Of a stretch of 64,000 nucleotides of DNA, positions 35,891 through 49,940 are shown piece by piece. A program made the position numbers and the translations under genes. Position 1 is the stretch's first letter, and each line of letters begins with the position of its first letter. The stretch spans positions 82,834,001 to 82,898,000 of the forward strand of contig NC_086108.1 of the NCBI RefSeq assembly GCF_963921235.1, in the 5' to 3' direction. The notes below the pieces were generated by a model. The model saw only the letters and a program-made list of their open reading frames with translations, was not told the origin of the DNA and ran no database searches. Origin of the DNA: Mobula hypostoma. Lineage: Eukaryota.

Positions 35891-36567
35891 AAATTTGGAA
35901 TTATGGTAAATACAATTGTGCAAACTGTTGCACTGTTTAGATAATACTCCTGTACAGCAAGACTCACTGTACGAATAGCCGGCCACTAACTTGATCAATT
36001 GCTTGAGGTGCAGAACTCTGGATACCCTTATCTGTGGCAAATGGATGGCAGTCAAGAGCACTTGATGAGGCCTGGAGTTCATTTCTATCGAAAGTCTTTT
36101 CTGCTATGGGAAGAGCTAACAACGACTCTAATCTATTTCTGAAGGCATGCGGAGACCTTTTGCCAAGCCAAAATGATTGAAGGCCATTTTCATGAGAAAA
36201 CCTTTAGATTGTTCCAATTCAGATGTAGAGGAATATGCATATACTGTATATGCACATGTGCGGATGAATGTATGTGAGATGCACTTCAGTGCATCTGTGC
36301 AGACACGTACTGTAGATGAACTGTCTCAGAGTTTGTGCATGAACATCGCTCTCACTTTTTACAATCTCCATTTTTCTAAGGATGCAAGAATATGGCCATC
36401 AAGTTCAGTTTTCAGTATGGCTAATACCAACAAGTGACAATCATAATCAGTGCTGCTTTATACTCTGTCAGCATATGGGGGTATAGATATCTAGATCTGT
36501 GCCTTGGCAACCGAATCATAGCAGCAATGTGCAAAGAGCCTTGGTGGGTCTTTCATATATTTAAATT

Positions 36568-38010
36568 AAGACCATAAGATATGGGAGCAGAATTAGGCCA
36601 TTCAGCCCATTGAGCCTGCTCCATTCCATCATAGCTGATTTATCATCCCTCTCAACTTCATTCTCCTTCTTTATTCCCACCCTTTGATGTCCTGACTAAT
36701 CAAGAACCTATGAATCTCTGATTTAAATATACTCAATGACCTGGCCTCCACAACTGCATGTGACAATGAATTCCACAGACTCACTGTCCATTCGCTAAAG
36801 AAATTTCTCTGTTCTAGCATGGATATCCCTATATTCTGAGACTCTCCCACTATAGGAAACATCCTCTCCACATCCACTCTATAAGCCTTTCAATATTCGA
36901 TAGGTTCTAATGAGATCCCCCTCACTCTACTAAACTTCAGCGAGTTCAGAACAAGAGCCATCAAATGTCCTTATACAGTAACACTTTCACTCCCAGTGTC
37001 ATTCTTCTGAACCTCTTCTGGGCCTTCTTTAATGCCAGCAGATTTTTTCATAAGGGGCCCAAAACAGCTCACAAAACTCCAGGTGTGGTTTGACCAATGC
37101 GTCATAAAGCCTCAGCTTTACATCTTTGCATATATATTCTCGTCCTCTCAAAACACTGCATTTGCCTTCCTTACCACCGACTCAACCTGGAAATTTCCCC
37201 GTAAGGAATCCTGCACAAGGAATCCCAAGTCCCTTTGCACCTCTAATTTTTCAATTTTCTCCCCATTTAGAAAAGAGTATACACCTTTATTCCTTCTATC
37301 AAAATGCATGAGCATAATCTTCCCAGCACTATATTCTATCTGCCACTTCTTTGTCCAATCTCCCAATCTGTCTAAGTCCTTCTGCAGACTCCTTGCTTCC
37401 TCAACACTACTTGCTCCTCCACCGATCTTCGTATCATCCTCAAACTTGGTCACAAAGCTATCAATTCTGTCATCATTGACATATAACATGAAAAGAAGCA
37501 GTCCCAACACAGAACATCACTCTAGTCATTGCCAGCCAACCTTTATTCCCACACTTTACCCCCTGGCAGTCTTCTATCCATGCCAAGTATCTTTGCTGTA
37601 ATACCATGGGTTCTTGTCTTGTTAAACAGTCTCATGTCAAAGGCCTACTGGAAATCCAAGTAAACAACATCCACTGGCTCTACTTTCTCTCTCTTGCTTG
37701 TTACTTCCTCAAAGGATTCCAACTGATCAGTCAGGCAAGATTTCTCCTTAAAGAAACTATGCTGACTTTGTCGTATTTTATCTTGCACCTCAAGTGCCCA
37801 GAAACCTCAACCTTAATAATGGACTCCAACATTTTCTGATCCACTGATATCAGGCTAACTGGCCTACAAGCTCCTCTTCTGTCTCCTTTCCTTTTTTAAG
37901 AGTGGAGTGGTACTTGTAATTTTCCAGTCCTCCGGAAACATTTCAGAATATGTTGTTTCTTGAAAAATCATCCCTAATCCCCCCATAATCTTTCCAGCCA
38001 CCTCTTTCAG
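36568..38010 (-). mobile_element. CR1 LINE RT and 3' end
   Basis: KFEDDTKIGG..LQKDLDRLGDW; RNFFSEWTVSLWNSL. Confidence 0.92.
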
Positions 38011-38489
38011 AGTTGGAATAAGTTACATGCCGACCCTTTGTCAAGTCAAATTTTATTTTTGCACCTTATCTAAACTTCTCATATATTTTAATTATGACTT
38101 TAAAATTCCACCATTAGACATGAATCATTCAGGATTTATACTTGTTACCTAGCAAACGAGATATAGGAGAATAGTGATCGATTGGTGATGGTTTACCATG
38201 GATGCATAATGAGATAATGGGCCTTTGAATCTCCAAGTCCAAAATAACACAATTATAGTAAACACATATACTTGCATGTTCATTTGATGACAGAAGTACA
38301 GTAACTGACACCCAAATCATGTAAGTTATTTCAGTAAATTCATGCAAATAAGCTCATATAAAAGTAACACCTTCAGACAGGAAATAAGACCTATTCAAGC
38401 AGCTGGGCATAAAACAGTCACTTCAGGTAGATTGAGAGTTAAAGGTATGATGCTCCACATTTCAGCTGCTGAGCACTCATTTCTCGCCT

Positions 38490-39470
38490 GGGTTGTATAC
38501 TCAGGACAAGCCCACTGCTCTACTCTGCATATACACATGACTGTGTGGCTAAGCATAGCTCAAGTACCATCTATAAATTTGCTGACGATACAATCATTGT
38601 TGGTAGAATCTCAGGTGGTGACAAGAGGGTGTACAGGTGTGAGATATGCCAACTAGTGGAGTGGTGCTGTAGCAACAACCTGGCACTCAACGTCAGTAAG
38701 ACAAAAGAGATGATTGTGGACTTCAGGAAAGGTAAGACGAAGGAACACATACCAATCCTCATAGAGGTATAAGAAGTGGGGAGAGTGAGCAGCTTCAAGT
38801 CCCTGGGTGTCAAGATCTCCGAGGACCTAACCTGGCCCCAACATATCAATGTAGTTATAAAGAAGGCAAGACAGCGGCTATACTTTATTAGGAGTTTGAA
38901 GAGATTTGGCATGTCAACAAATACACTCAAAAAATTCTATAGTTGTACCATGGAGAGCATTCTGACAGGCTGCATCACTGTCTGGTATGGAGGGGCTACT
39001 GCACAGGACCGAAAGAAGCAGCAGAGAGTTGTAAATCTAGTCAGCTCCATCTTGGGTACTAGCCTGCAAAGTACCCAGGACATCTTCAGGGAGCGGTGTC
39101 TCAGAAAGGCAGCGAACATTATTAAGGACCTCCAGCCCCCAGGGCATGCCCTTTTCTCACTATTACCATCAGGTAGGAGATACAGAAGCCTGAAGGCACA
39201 CACTCAGCGATTCAGGAACAGCTTCTTCCCCTCTGCCATCTGATTCCTAAATGGACATTGAATCTTTGGACACTACTTCACTTTTTTAATATACAGTGTT
39301 TCTGTCTTAGCATGTTTTTAAAAAATCTATTCCATATACGTAATTGACTTGTTTATTTTTTATTCTATTTATTTTTCTCTCTGCTAGATTATCTATTGCA
39401 TTGAACTGCTGCTGTTAAAAAATTTCATGTCACATGCTGGCAATAATAAATCTGATTCTGATTCTGACTC
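38490..39470 (+). mobile_element. Rex1/Babar LINE 3' kb, relatively young
   Basis: KFADDT ORF 38545..38772 continues in frame past one stop into 38776..39243 (KKARQRLYFIRSL..FRNSFFPSAI); tail AATAAA(TCTGAT)n. Confidence 0.94.
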
Positions 39471-40884
39471 AGGTGCCAGAAACATTCTTGAGAAATGCCC
39501 GATGAATTGGGTGGGAAGCTGGTTATATGTACTAGTTAAGAACAAATGAGTCTTTGATTGCAGTGTAGAAGTGTAAACACAGACGCATGCAAGGAGCATG
39601 TTCTGCCCAGGTGGCAATTGGATCCAACAGATTTCAAAGAGAAATCTGACAACACCCCTCCCCCACCCTCACATTGTTATCTTCTTATTTCCAGAGGATC
39701 AAGAACCCTTTCCCTGATTCAATGCACACAGTCCATCCAAGGGGCAGAGCTCATTAGTGTTCTGTTCTAAGTGACTAGGCTGCTGGCTCAAAGCATGAAC
39801 TGTTTAATTTCCTGCCCTTTCCACATCCAACGAGCTGCACTGAATACTGATTTGACACCGACCGCCCTTGAATGAGGCTCAAATCTGAAATATAGCTCAG
39901 GCACCCTGATACCGTCTGCAGGAGTAGATGCCACGTTGTAATATTTGGTGACTGTGTAGCCTTTCGGTGGATGTTGAAGCTTTCCTATGCCCCTGCCTCC
40001 CCATTGTGGAGAACTAACTGGAGGAGGTCTCTCTCAGACTTTTCTCAGTGAGAACAGCCTTTAATCTTCTTCAATTGTAACACCTTCCAAAGGCAGTTAC
40101 TGGGTTTAGACATTGAGTATGAATTAGGCAGCATGACTGAAAAATTTGTCACACTGGGTTAAATCAATGATAATTACCCTCTTGACATGAGTACTGTTAT
40201 TACTTTACAGCTTTGCAAACAGGATCAGGGACATGTGAAAACACATACAGGAGCCCGATCGATATATGGTGAAATATAGTTGGCCCTGTTTAAGGTATTA
40301 GATGGAGCTTTACAGCCTGTCTAGCCATTAACTACCATGCACTGACAAGTGTAAGTAGCATTCTCTAATACAGTCAATTCCTGTTAGGGTCATAAAGCAT
40401 TTGGCTGGAACATTTTATATACTTATCAGAATGAAAGTACGAATATACGTGTCCCTGCAGAACTACTGTCAGTAGCTGTTGAGATGCTGCATAGTCAAAG
40501 TGAGAAATTTCTCTCCTGTGCTTCATACTGGAGCCACATCTTGATGAGAAACCAATTTCCCAGCAGTTTCCCTTACACAGTCAAGCACCCTGTAGTTGAG
40601 CAGTTTCTATAACTTGTGAATGTGCATGTTGCCCAGAAGATATTAAACTCATTGGCATGTTAAGATCTACTACCTCAGGAACCAAGACAGGCACATCAAA
40701 AAGAATAGTTTTGCATCCATTTTGGTTGTAACCGAGGCTGTGACAATCCTCACAGACCTTCCATCATTTGGAGTCATTAGATTTTTGAGTAAGGCAATGT
40801 GCTTCTTTAAAATATGACAATGTGACAGGGCTAGATTGATGTCATAAGTCAGTTGTAGGCAGGGCATGTATCATGTATCAGCTG

Positions 40885-41362
40885 GAAGTCAGGCAGCTCC
40901 ATCATGAAGACTAGCGTCCCCACCGTCAAGGACACCTGCAAAAAGGCAAAGCGGAAGAAGGCAGCAGCATCCATCATTAAGGACCTCCACCATTCATGAT
41001 GTACTGTAGCCACTTCTCATTGCATCCATCAAAGAGGAAGTACAGAACCCTGAAGAAACACACTCAACGTCTAGAAACAGCTTCTTCCCCTCCGCACTCA
41101 GATTTGTGAACTAAATCAGCCATGATGGAATGATGGAGTAGACTCGATGGGCCAAGTAGCCTAATTCTGCTCCTGTGTTTTACAGTCTTATGGATCATAA
41201 ACCCATGAACACTACTGCACCTTTTGTTCTAATTTTGCACTACTTTTTTATAGCTTATGGTAACATAATAATTCTTTTTCATGTATTGCGATGTACTGCT
41301 GCCACACAACAACACATTTCATGACATATGTCAGTGATAATAAACCTGATTCTGATTCTGAA
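40885..41362 (+). mobile_element. Rex1 3' fragment with an inserted short CR1 tail (~41113-41195)
   Basis: AACAGCTTCTTCCCCTCCG; tail AAACCTGATTCTGATTCTGA. Confidence 0.75.
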
Positions 41363-41684
41363 CATCTGACAAGTAAGGCTGTGTATATTTTTGCCAAATA
41401 CAGGGGTTGCTCCTCTTATTCTTGGAGTTTAGAAGAAAAACTAATTAAGAATTAAACTAATAAAATTCTGATGGGTTTAACATCAGATGTTGAGAAGACA
41501 TTTTCTTCATATGGTGGTCCAAATCTCAGGGCACATATCTGGAATGAAAGATCATCTAATAAAGCAGAGACAAGGTGCAAAATCCTTTCTCAGCAAGTCA
41601 TGGATCTCTGCAGTTCTTTACCCCACAGTACCGTGCAGGCTGAATTATTGAATGTATTTAAGGCCAAGTCTGGCATTACCAAAG

Positions 41685-42110
41685 ATCACCACAGCACTGA
41701 AACAGGCCATTCTGCCTATCTAGTCTGTGCCAAAATATTAATATGCCTAGTCCCATTGATCTGTACTCAGACTGTAGCTCTCTATACCCCACCCATCCAT
41801 GTACCTACCCAAATCTCTCTTCAATGCTGCATCCATCACTTCGGCTTCACACTGTCACCACCCTTTGAGTGAAGAAGTTCCCCTCATGTTCCTCTTAAAT
41901 TTTTCACCTTTCACTCTTAAATCATTGACCTATATTTCTAGACTTACCCAACCTCAGGGAAAAAAGCCTGTGTGCATTCACCCTATCTATATCCTCATAA
42001 TTTTGTATACCTCGGTCAAATCTCCTTCATTCTCCTCCACTCTGGGGAATGAAGTCTGAACCTATTCAATGTCTCCCTGTAGCTAAGTCCTCAAGTCCTG
42101 GCAACATCCT
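41685..42110 (-). mobile_element. CR1 (second subfamily) 3' end
   Basis: RMLPGLEDL at its 5' edge; tail CACAGCACTGAAACAGGCCATTC. Confidence 0.8.
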
Positions 42111-43210
42111 TGACAGAGCTGAGCATGAGCCAGCAGGTTTACAAGTAGATGAGGTAATATGTAATATGAATGCAAGGAAGGTCAAGCCAATGATTGGGTA
42201 CAACTGCAGACAGAGCAAAGAGTTAAGATGTACCACAGAAGCAAAATTCATAAGGGCGAAGAATGCAGGACTGAAGGTGCTATATTTAAATATATCACCT
42301 TCCTCTCTGGAAGTTCCATCATACTGCTAGTGTCTTCCACAGTGAAGACTGATTTAAAATACTCATTCAGTTCCTCTGCCATTTCCTTGTCCCCCATTAC
42401 TACCGCTCCAGCATCATTTTCCAGTGGTCCAATATGAACTCTTGCCTTTCTTTTACATTTTATATATCTGAAGAAACTTTTGGTATCTTCTTTAATATTA
42501 TCATCTAACTTATTTTCATATTCCATCTTTTCCTTCTTAATGACATTTTTAGTTAGCTTCTGTCAGTTTTTTAAAAAATTTCCCAATCCTCTAACTTCTC
42601 ACTAATTTTTGCACTATTATATGCCTTTTTTTGTATTTTATGTTGGCTTTGACTTCTCTTGTCAGCCATGGTAGTGTCATTTTGCCTTTAGAATACTTCT
42701 TCCTCTTTGGGATGTATATATCCTGTACCTTCTGAATTGCCTCCAGAAATTCCAGCTATTGCTACTCTGCCATCATCCCTGCCAGTGTTCTTTTCCAATC
42801 TGTTCTGGCCAGCTCCTCTCTCATGTCTCTGTAATTTGTAATACCTATACATCTAACTTCAGCTTCTCCCTCTCAAATTTCAGGGTGAATTTGATTATAT
42901 TTTGATGACTTGCCCCAAGGTCTCTTTTACCTTAATCACCCTATTCAATTCCAGTTAATTGCACAACACCCAATCCAGAATAGCTGATCCCCCACACCCT
43001 TGCTACTGTTTGGGCATCTGACCATCAGTATCTTTTTACCCTTGCAGTTCCTTAGCTCTACCCACAATGATTCAACACTTTCCAACCCTACGTCACTTCT
43101 TTCTGATGATTCAGTTTCATTTTTTGCCAGCAGAGCCATGTCACCCCCTCTGCCTATCTGCCTGTCCTTTCAATACAATATGTATCCTTGGATGTTAATC
43201 TCCCAGCAAT
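42111..43210. mobile_element. CR1 ORF2 5' region with an internal inversion (42111-42293 plus, ~42300-43210 minus)
   Basis: CTTEAKFIRAKNAGLKVLYLN on plus; VESLWVELRNCKG and AEELNEYFKSVFTVED on minus. Confidence 0.85.
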
Positions 43211-43214
43211 GATT

Positions 43215-44890
43215 AGTGGCATTCAGATGTGGCAACGAAGTAAGGTATGGGAGATACAGGTAAGCCTCCAGAAAGCCACCTCAATTGTGAAGAAGCAATT
43301 CTGGACCAAACTGGTTTCACAAAAGGATGCTTGACAGCTGTGGCAGGGCTTTAATGCTGTTACCTCATACAAAGTAAAACAAAGGTTTCAGTCCCTGATG
43401 AGCTCAATGCTTTTGACAATCACTTTGACCAACAAGATACGGAAGGACCTTCAAAAACTCCCACAGCCTCGGCGACCCTGCAGTTTCAGTCTCTGAGGCT
43501 GACATGTGAACATCCTTCAGGAGGATGAACCCGCGGAAAGTATTTGGCTCAGAAGTGGTACCTGGCCAAGTACTTAAGACCTGTGCTGATCAACTGGCTG
43601 GAGCATTTACTGATATCTTTAACCTCTCACTTTGGCTATCTGAAGGCTTCAATTATACTGATGCCCAAGATGAACATGGTGACCTGCCTTAGGACTATTG
43701 TCCAGTAGCACTTACATCCATTATCATGAAGTTCTTTGAGAGATTTGTTGATGAAACATATCAATTCCTGCTAGAGGAGCAACTTGGATCTACACCAGTT
43801 TGCCTATCAACACAACAGGTCAACAGCTGTTTCATTGGCTCTTCACTCAACCCTGGAACATTTGGAAAGTGATGATGCATACCTGGATGCTCTTCACTGA
43901 CTACATTTCTCAATTCAGTTCTATCATCTCCTCAAAACTAATCAATAAGCTTCAAGACCTTGGCCTCAATACTTCCTTGCACAATTGGATCCTTGATTTC
44001 CACACTTGCAGACCGTAGTCAGTTCAGATTTGCAAAAACATTTCCTCCACAATCTTCATCAGCACAGGTTCACCACAAGGTTGTATGTCTAGCTCTCTGC
44101 TCTACTCACTTTGACTGTGAAGCTAATCAGAGCTCCAATGTCATATTTAAGTTTGCTGATGACACCACACACTTGTTCACCAAATCAAACAGATGAGAAT
44201 ACAGGAGGGAGATTAAAAATATGGCTGAGTGGTACCACAACAACAACTTCTCACTCAGTGTCAGAAAGACGAAGGAGATGATTATTAACTCAGGTGGAAG
44301 AAACCAAAGGTCCATAAGCCAGAGGATCAGAGGTGGAGAGGGTCAGCAACTTTAAGTTCCTTGGCAGCTATCATCAGTGATTGCGACTATCCAAGCCATG
44401 CTCTCTTCTCGATGCTGCAATTAAGGAGGTGGTACAGGACCCTCAGGTGCTATAACACCATGTTCAGAATCACCCCTTCAATCTTCAGGCTCTTGAACCA
44501 AAGGGACAACTTTACTCAACTTCCCTCACCCCAGCATTGAACTGCTCCCACAACCTATGCACTCACTTTCAAGGATTCTTCATCTCAGGCTCTTAAAATG
44601 TATTTATTTATTTATTATAGATATATTTTTTGTATTTACACAATTTGCTGTCTTTTGCACATTGGTTGTTTTTCCATTGTGTTGTGTACATGCTTTCATA
44701 GATTCTATGGGTGCCACAGTGGCGCAACCCTATTACATCTCGGGATGTCGGACTTTGGAGTTCAAGTCCAGTGTCCTCTGTAAGAAGGTTTGCTTCTTTT
44801 TATTTACTGTGAATGCCCTCAGGAAATTGCAACTCAGGTTTGTATACGATGACATATATATTTTAATAATAACATCTATTTTGAACTTGA
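43215..44890 (+). mobile_element. Rex1/Babar LINE, heavily decayed
   Basis: [32 protein letters not shown]. Confidence 0.85.
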
Positions 44891-45789
44891 AAATTAGATC
44901 ACCAACTGGTTAGAACAGTTAGAACTGCCAACTGGCCCATTCCTGTTCCTATTTTTAATGTTCTTTTCTATTCCCCTCTTCATAAAATGCAAATCTTGCT
45001 TTTCTGATTCTTTCATCATTTCCAAATTTTCAGGCTGCTTACCTGACGTTCAAGACAAGATAGGTAGAATTTTTAACTAAATCATAAACACAAAAAAAAT
45101 TGTGCATCAGGACTCAAATTTAACTTAATACCTTGCGTAGTGAAGCTTTTGCCTTTGTTCCACGCAGAAAGTTTATTCCACAACTATGGATTTCATCATT
45201 CTTTCTAACAGTGGGCTAGCACCGAATCAGACTGTTTGTAATCTTGATATTCTATATGGAGTTGTTCCACAGATCAAATATCACACCAACCATGCCAATA
45301 TAATCCTGCTTATTTCCAGTTTAACATATTGGCTATATGGGCCCTTTATCAACCCATGTGTTGTTGAAATTCTGATCAATGACTTGTAACTCTTAGACTT
45401 GGTTGCTCCAATGCCTTGCTGACTGACAGCATTCACTCAGTGTTTCTTCCCAACTTACTTACATGGGCTCTTAGCTCCCAGTGGAGCATAGGCCATCGAC
45501 ATCCTCCTGTCTCCATCATCCTCTGGAGTGATGGTATGGTTGGAGTTCACCAATCCATCTGCTGTACGGGGGATTGGCCTACAAGGCATCACAAAGCCCT
45601 GTTAACTGGCCTTACCCATTTCCACCTCTCAATACTATCATTCCCTCAAAACTAATAAATAAGTTTCAGGACCTTGGCCTCAATACTTCCTTGAGCAATT
45701 GGATCCACACTTGCAGACCCCAGTCAGTTCGGATTGGGCAAAAACATTTCCTCCACAATCTCCATCAGCACAGGTACACCACAAAGTCA

Positions 45790-46085
45790 GAAAGTGACTG
45801 TTGGCCCTTCAGCTCAACATGTTGAAAATGTCTGTCCATGGGATCACGTTTGCTTGCATTTGGCCCATCTCCTCCCTCTAAGCCTTTTCTATCCATTTAC
45901 CTGAGTAAATGCCTTTTAAATAGTGTGATTTTACCCACCTCTACCACTTTCTTGAGCAACTGATCCCATTTTGCCACCAACATCTGTGTGAATAAGATGC
46001 CCCTCAGTTCCCTTTTGAATCTTTCCCCTCTCATATTAAACCAATGGTGTCTAATTTTAGAACCTTCTATCCTGGGAAGAAGACT
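45790..46085 (-). mobile_element. CR1 3' fragment
   Basis: RGERFKRELRGILFTQ..FKRHL. Confidence 0.75.
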
Positions 46086-46099
46086 GCTCAGGACATGCA

Positions 46100-46350
46100 G
46101 GAGGTTGGAATTCAATTCCGGCACCGTTCTGTAGGGTGTCTCTGCACATCCTCCCCATGGAGTACATGCGTTTTCCCAGGTGCTCCAGTTTCCTCTCACA
46201 GTCCAAAGACGTACCAAATAGGTTAGTTGGCCATTGTAAATTGTCCCGTGATTAGGTTAAGGTAGAATCGGGGATGTGAGCTTGCTGGGGCAGCTCGGCT
46301 TGAAAGACTGGAAGGGGCTTCTCCATGTTGTATTGCTAAATAAATAAACT
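46100..46350 (+). mobile_element. HE1-like V-SINE
   Basis: TTTTCCCAGGTGCTCCAGTTTCCTCTCACAGTCCAAAGACGTAC V-domain; (TAAA)n tail. Confidence 0.82.
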
Positions 46351-46796
46351 TCATAAAGCCATAAAGAGAAAACAAACTGAATAATAGCTAGCGAATAGTA
46401 TAAAATAGCCTACAAAAAGCATTTTCAGATATTAGAGAGTAAAAAAAGAGGCAAGAGTGGATATCAGGCCGATGGAAAATGACACTAGAGAGGCAGTACT
46501 GGGGAACGAAGAAATGGTGGACTAAATATTTTGTGTCAGTTTTCACTGTGGAAGTCTCTGGCAGTATGCCAGAAATTCGAGTGTGTCAGAGGGCAGAAGT
46601 GAATATAGCTGTTATTACTAAGGAGAGGGTGGATAAGCCACTTGGACCAGATGGTGTACACCTCAGTGTTCTGAAAGAAATGGCTGAAAAGATTGTGGCG
46701 GCATTAGTAATGATCTTTCAAGAATCACTAGGTTGCAAGAGTGTTAGTGTCACTCATCTGTTTAAGAGGGGAGGGAGACAGAATGGAAATTATAGG

Positions 46797-47392
46797 TGAA
46801 ACAACCTGGTTTCCTTGGCTGCATTAAGTCTAGTGAAGACAATCTCTGGCCCTGCCAAACTTGAGGCGCGCTCAATCCCACCCCAGACATTGGTTTGTGT
46901 GGACGCTGTGTTCTGTAACAGACAGTACACTGTATATGATTAAAGGAATTATATTTATGAATCTTAACTAAAGGGTTAGTAAAGAATAACAAAAAGGGCT
47001 CATTCTAATTAAACAGTTAAATGTGCACAAGTTGGAGCTCATCTTGAACTTCTCTATCACTCACACGCTGGGCCCTCGGTCAGCGTGAAAGCACATACCA
47101 CCTTCCGAACATCGCTTGCGATCCATCTTGAACAAACAGGTCTCCCACCTGATCATATGTTACGACAGGTCTTCCCCAACATCTCCTCTCTTCATCTCCT
47201 CTTGAACAAAAGCCCCAAGCCCAGTCTTAGTGTCCCTCACCAGAAAAACCTCCCCTTAATCCGACCATGTGGATGACACATTTCTCCTCTCTCTTATCTT
47301 CAACATTAACCCAAACAAGCATGAAAACAGATAATACTACCAAAATTAAATACATACAGCATAACAGTAAAAATATGAACTAGGGCATTACA
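46797..47392. mobile_element. Solo LTR (596 bp), probably Gypsy-type or ERV
   Basis: Termini TGAAAC...TTACA; 4-bp TSD TAGG at 46793-96 and 47393-96; splits the CR1 GNYRP codons. Confidence 0.82.
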
Positions 47393-47784
47393 TAGGCAAG
47401 TTTAATGCTTGGGAAGATGTTGGAATCCATTATTAAGGATGAGCTTTCAGGGTACTTGGAGACATATTTGTAACTAATATTTGTAATCCAGGGAGCGTGA
47501 AGCGCAGAATCAAATATCACTGTGATGATTGTACGTTCCAGTATGAATCGTCTGGCAACAATAAAGTATAAAATATATGATAAAATAGGCCGAAGTCAGC
47601 ATAGTTTCCTTAAGAGCAAATCTTGCCTGACAAATCAGTTGGAATTATTTGAGGAAATCACAGGCAAGATTGACAAAGGAGAGTCAGTGGATGTTGTTTA
47701 CTTGGATTTTCGGAAGGTGTTTGACAAAGTGCCATACTTGAGGCTACTAAACAAGGTAAGAACCCATTGTATTACGGGAAAGAT

Positions 47785-48055
47785 GCCAGATTCCCCCTTC
47801 TTCAGCCTTGTATCTCTTTCACCAGTCAACTGTGATCCATCTCCCTCCTGGTTTCACCTATCACCTTGTGGTTCTCTCACCCCTCTCCCACCTCTTAACT
47901 CTACTCCCCATCTTCTTTCTCCAGTCTTGCCGAAGACTCACGGACGAAACATCAACTGTACTTTTTCCCCATAGATGCTGCCTGGTCTGATGAGTTCCTC
48001 CAGCATTTTGTGTGTGTTGCTTCGATTTCCAGCATCTGCAGATTTTCTTTTGTTT
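47785..48055 (+). mobile_element. Penelope-like terminal fragment inserted in CR1
   Basis: Degenerate hammerhead CAGTCTTGCCGAAGACTCACGGACGAAACATCAACTG, then AGATGCTGCCTGG..CCAGCATCTGCAGA. Confidence 0.82.
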
Positions 48056-49289
48056 GGGTAGAAGATTGGCTGACCGGTGGGAGACAGAGTGGGAATAAAG
48101 GGGGCCTTTTCTGTTGGGCTGCTGGTTATTAGTGTTGCTCCACAGGGGTCAATGCTGGGTCTGCTTCTTTTCATGTTAAATATTAATGATTTGGATGATT
48201 GAATTGATGTTTGTTGGCCAAGTTTGCAGATGATATAAAGACAGGTAAAGGATCAGGCAGTGTTGAGGAAGCAGGGAATGTGCAGAAGGTTTAAGACAGA
48301 TTCAGAGAATGGACAAAGAAGTGGCAGGTGGAATATAGTGTAGGGAAATGTATGGTCATGCACTTTGGTAGAAGGAATAAAGTCACAGACTATTTTCTAA
48401 ACAGGAGGAAAATTCGAAAATCAGAAGCGCAAAGTGATTTGTGAGTCCTCGTGCAGGATTTCTTAAAGGTCAACTTGCAGTTTGAGTTGATGGTAAGGAA
48501 GGCTAATATAATGTTAGCATTCATTTCAAGAGGACTAGAATATAAATGTATGGACGTAATGCTGTGGCTTTACAAGGCTTGGCTAGACCAGACTTGAGAG
48601 CAATTTTGGACTCCTTATGTAAGATGTACTGGCATTGGAGAGAGTCCAGAGGAGGCTCACGAGAATGGTTCCAGGAGTGAAAGGGTCATCATATGAGGAG
48701 TGTTTGATGGCTCTGGGCCTGTACTTGCTGGAGCTTATAACAATGAGGAAGGATTTTATTGAAACCTATCAAATATTGAAAAGCCTAGACAGAGTGAATG
48801 TGGAGTCTTGGATCAGAGGGCACAGCCTCAGAAGAGAGGGTCAGCCATGTAGAACAGAGATGAGGAGGAATTTCTTTAGTCAGAGAGTGGTGAATCTGTG
48901 GAATTCGTTGCCACAGACTCTGGGGAGGCCAAATCAATGGATATATTTAAAGTGGACATTGATTTTGATATGTTCTTTATTAGTCAGGGTGTTACGGGAC
49001 GAAGGCAGGGGAATGGGGTTGAGGAGGATAATAATTCAGCCATGATGGAATGGCAGATCAGACTTGATGGGCCAAATGACCTAATTCTGCTCCTATGTTT
49101 CATGATCTTATGGTCTCGTTTGGGATTATAAAATATTGCAGGTGATTGACATTCTAATGCAACAACAGAAATAGCATTTCTCTTGCTGGTGATTGAGTCT
49201 GAAATATATAAAATTACATTGATAATAGAGTACAAAAGTGGCTTCTTGATTGACCTGGTGCATTCCAGCTATGAATCATGTGAGTGCTC

Positions 49290-49940
49290 CCCCATCCAAT
49301 GTCGGAAGGAATGGAAACCCAGGAAACTGAGTTTATCATTAGTTCTGGGGAAATTACTGATATCTATCATCAGAGATAGAGTATCTAAACACTTGTCCAA
49401 GTATGAGCAGATCAAAGGTTAGCAATGCCGGACTGTGTCTTACTAACCTAGATAAGGTACTTGAGGCCACTAACATGGTGGAGAGGAGAATGTAACATAA
49501 ATGTTTTGTAAAGCATTTAATAAGGTACTACATTGGATATTATTACCACAAATAAGGTATATGGATCTAGTGCTGTTGCTTGGTTTGGAGACAAAGAACA
49601 GGAATAAAGGGAGCATCTGTTATTGGTAGGTTATATCAATGGACTTTTTCAGGTTACTATACAGAACAGTGGCTTAGCAAATGGGATAGGGAGCTGTAAC
49701 TTCAAGTTATTGGACTTCATTAAACTGAAAGCAAAGAATTGATTGATAATGTAAAGCTGTACCAAATTGAGCTCCCTGCTGGGGGAATATGAGGGCATTG
49801 GTTTTTTGAGAAGAGTCAGTCATATCATTAAAGGCTTGCAGATCAAGTGGCTATTGGAATGCAAGTTTCAAATTCAAGAATGGGGAAGCCATTCTTCAGT
49901 TACAGAACCTTGATTAGATCTAATATGAGTATTATGATTT
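49290..49940 (+). mobile_element. Ancient CR1 remnant
   Basis: LSLVLGKLLISIIRDRVSKHL; AAAGCATTTAATAAGGT resembles KAFDKV codons. Confidence 0.55.

Larger units (their letters stand above)
46360..49116 (+). mobile_element. CR1 LINE ORF2 remnant with three nested insertions
   Basis: GPDGVHLSVLKE, SQHSFLKSKSCLTNQLELFEE..YLDFRKVFDKVP, RNFFSQRVVNLWNSLP; tail TCTTATGGTCT. Confidence 0.93.
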
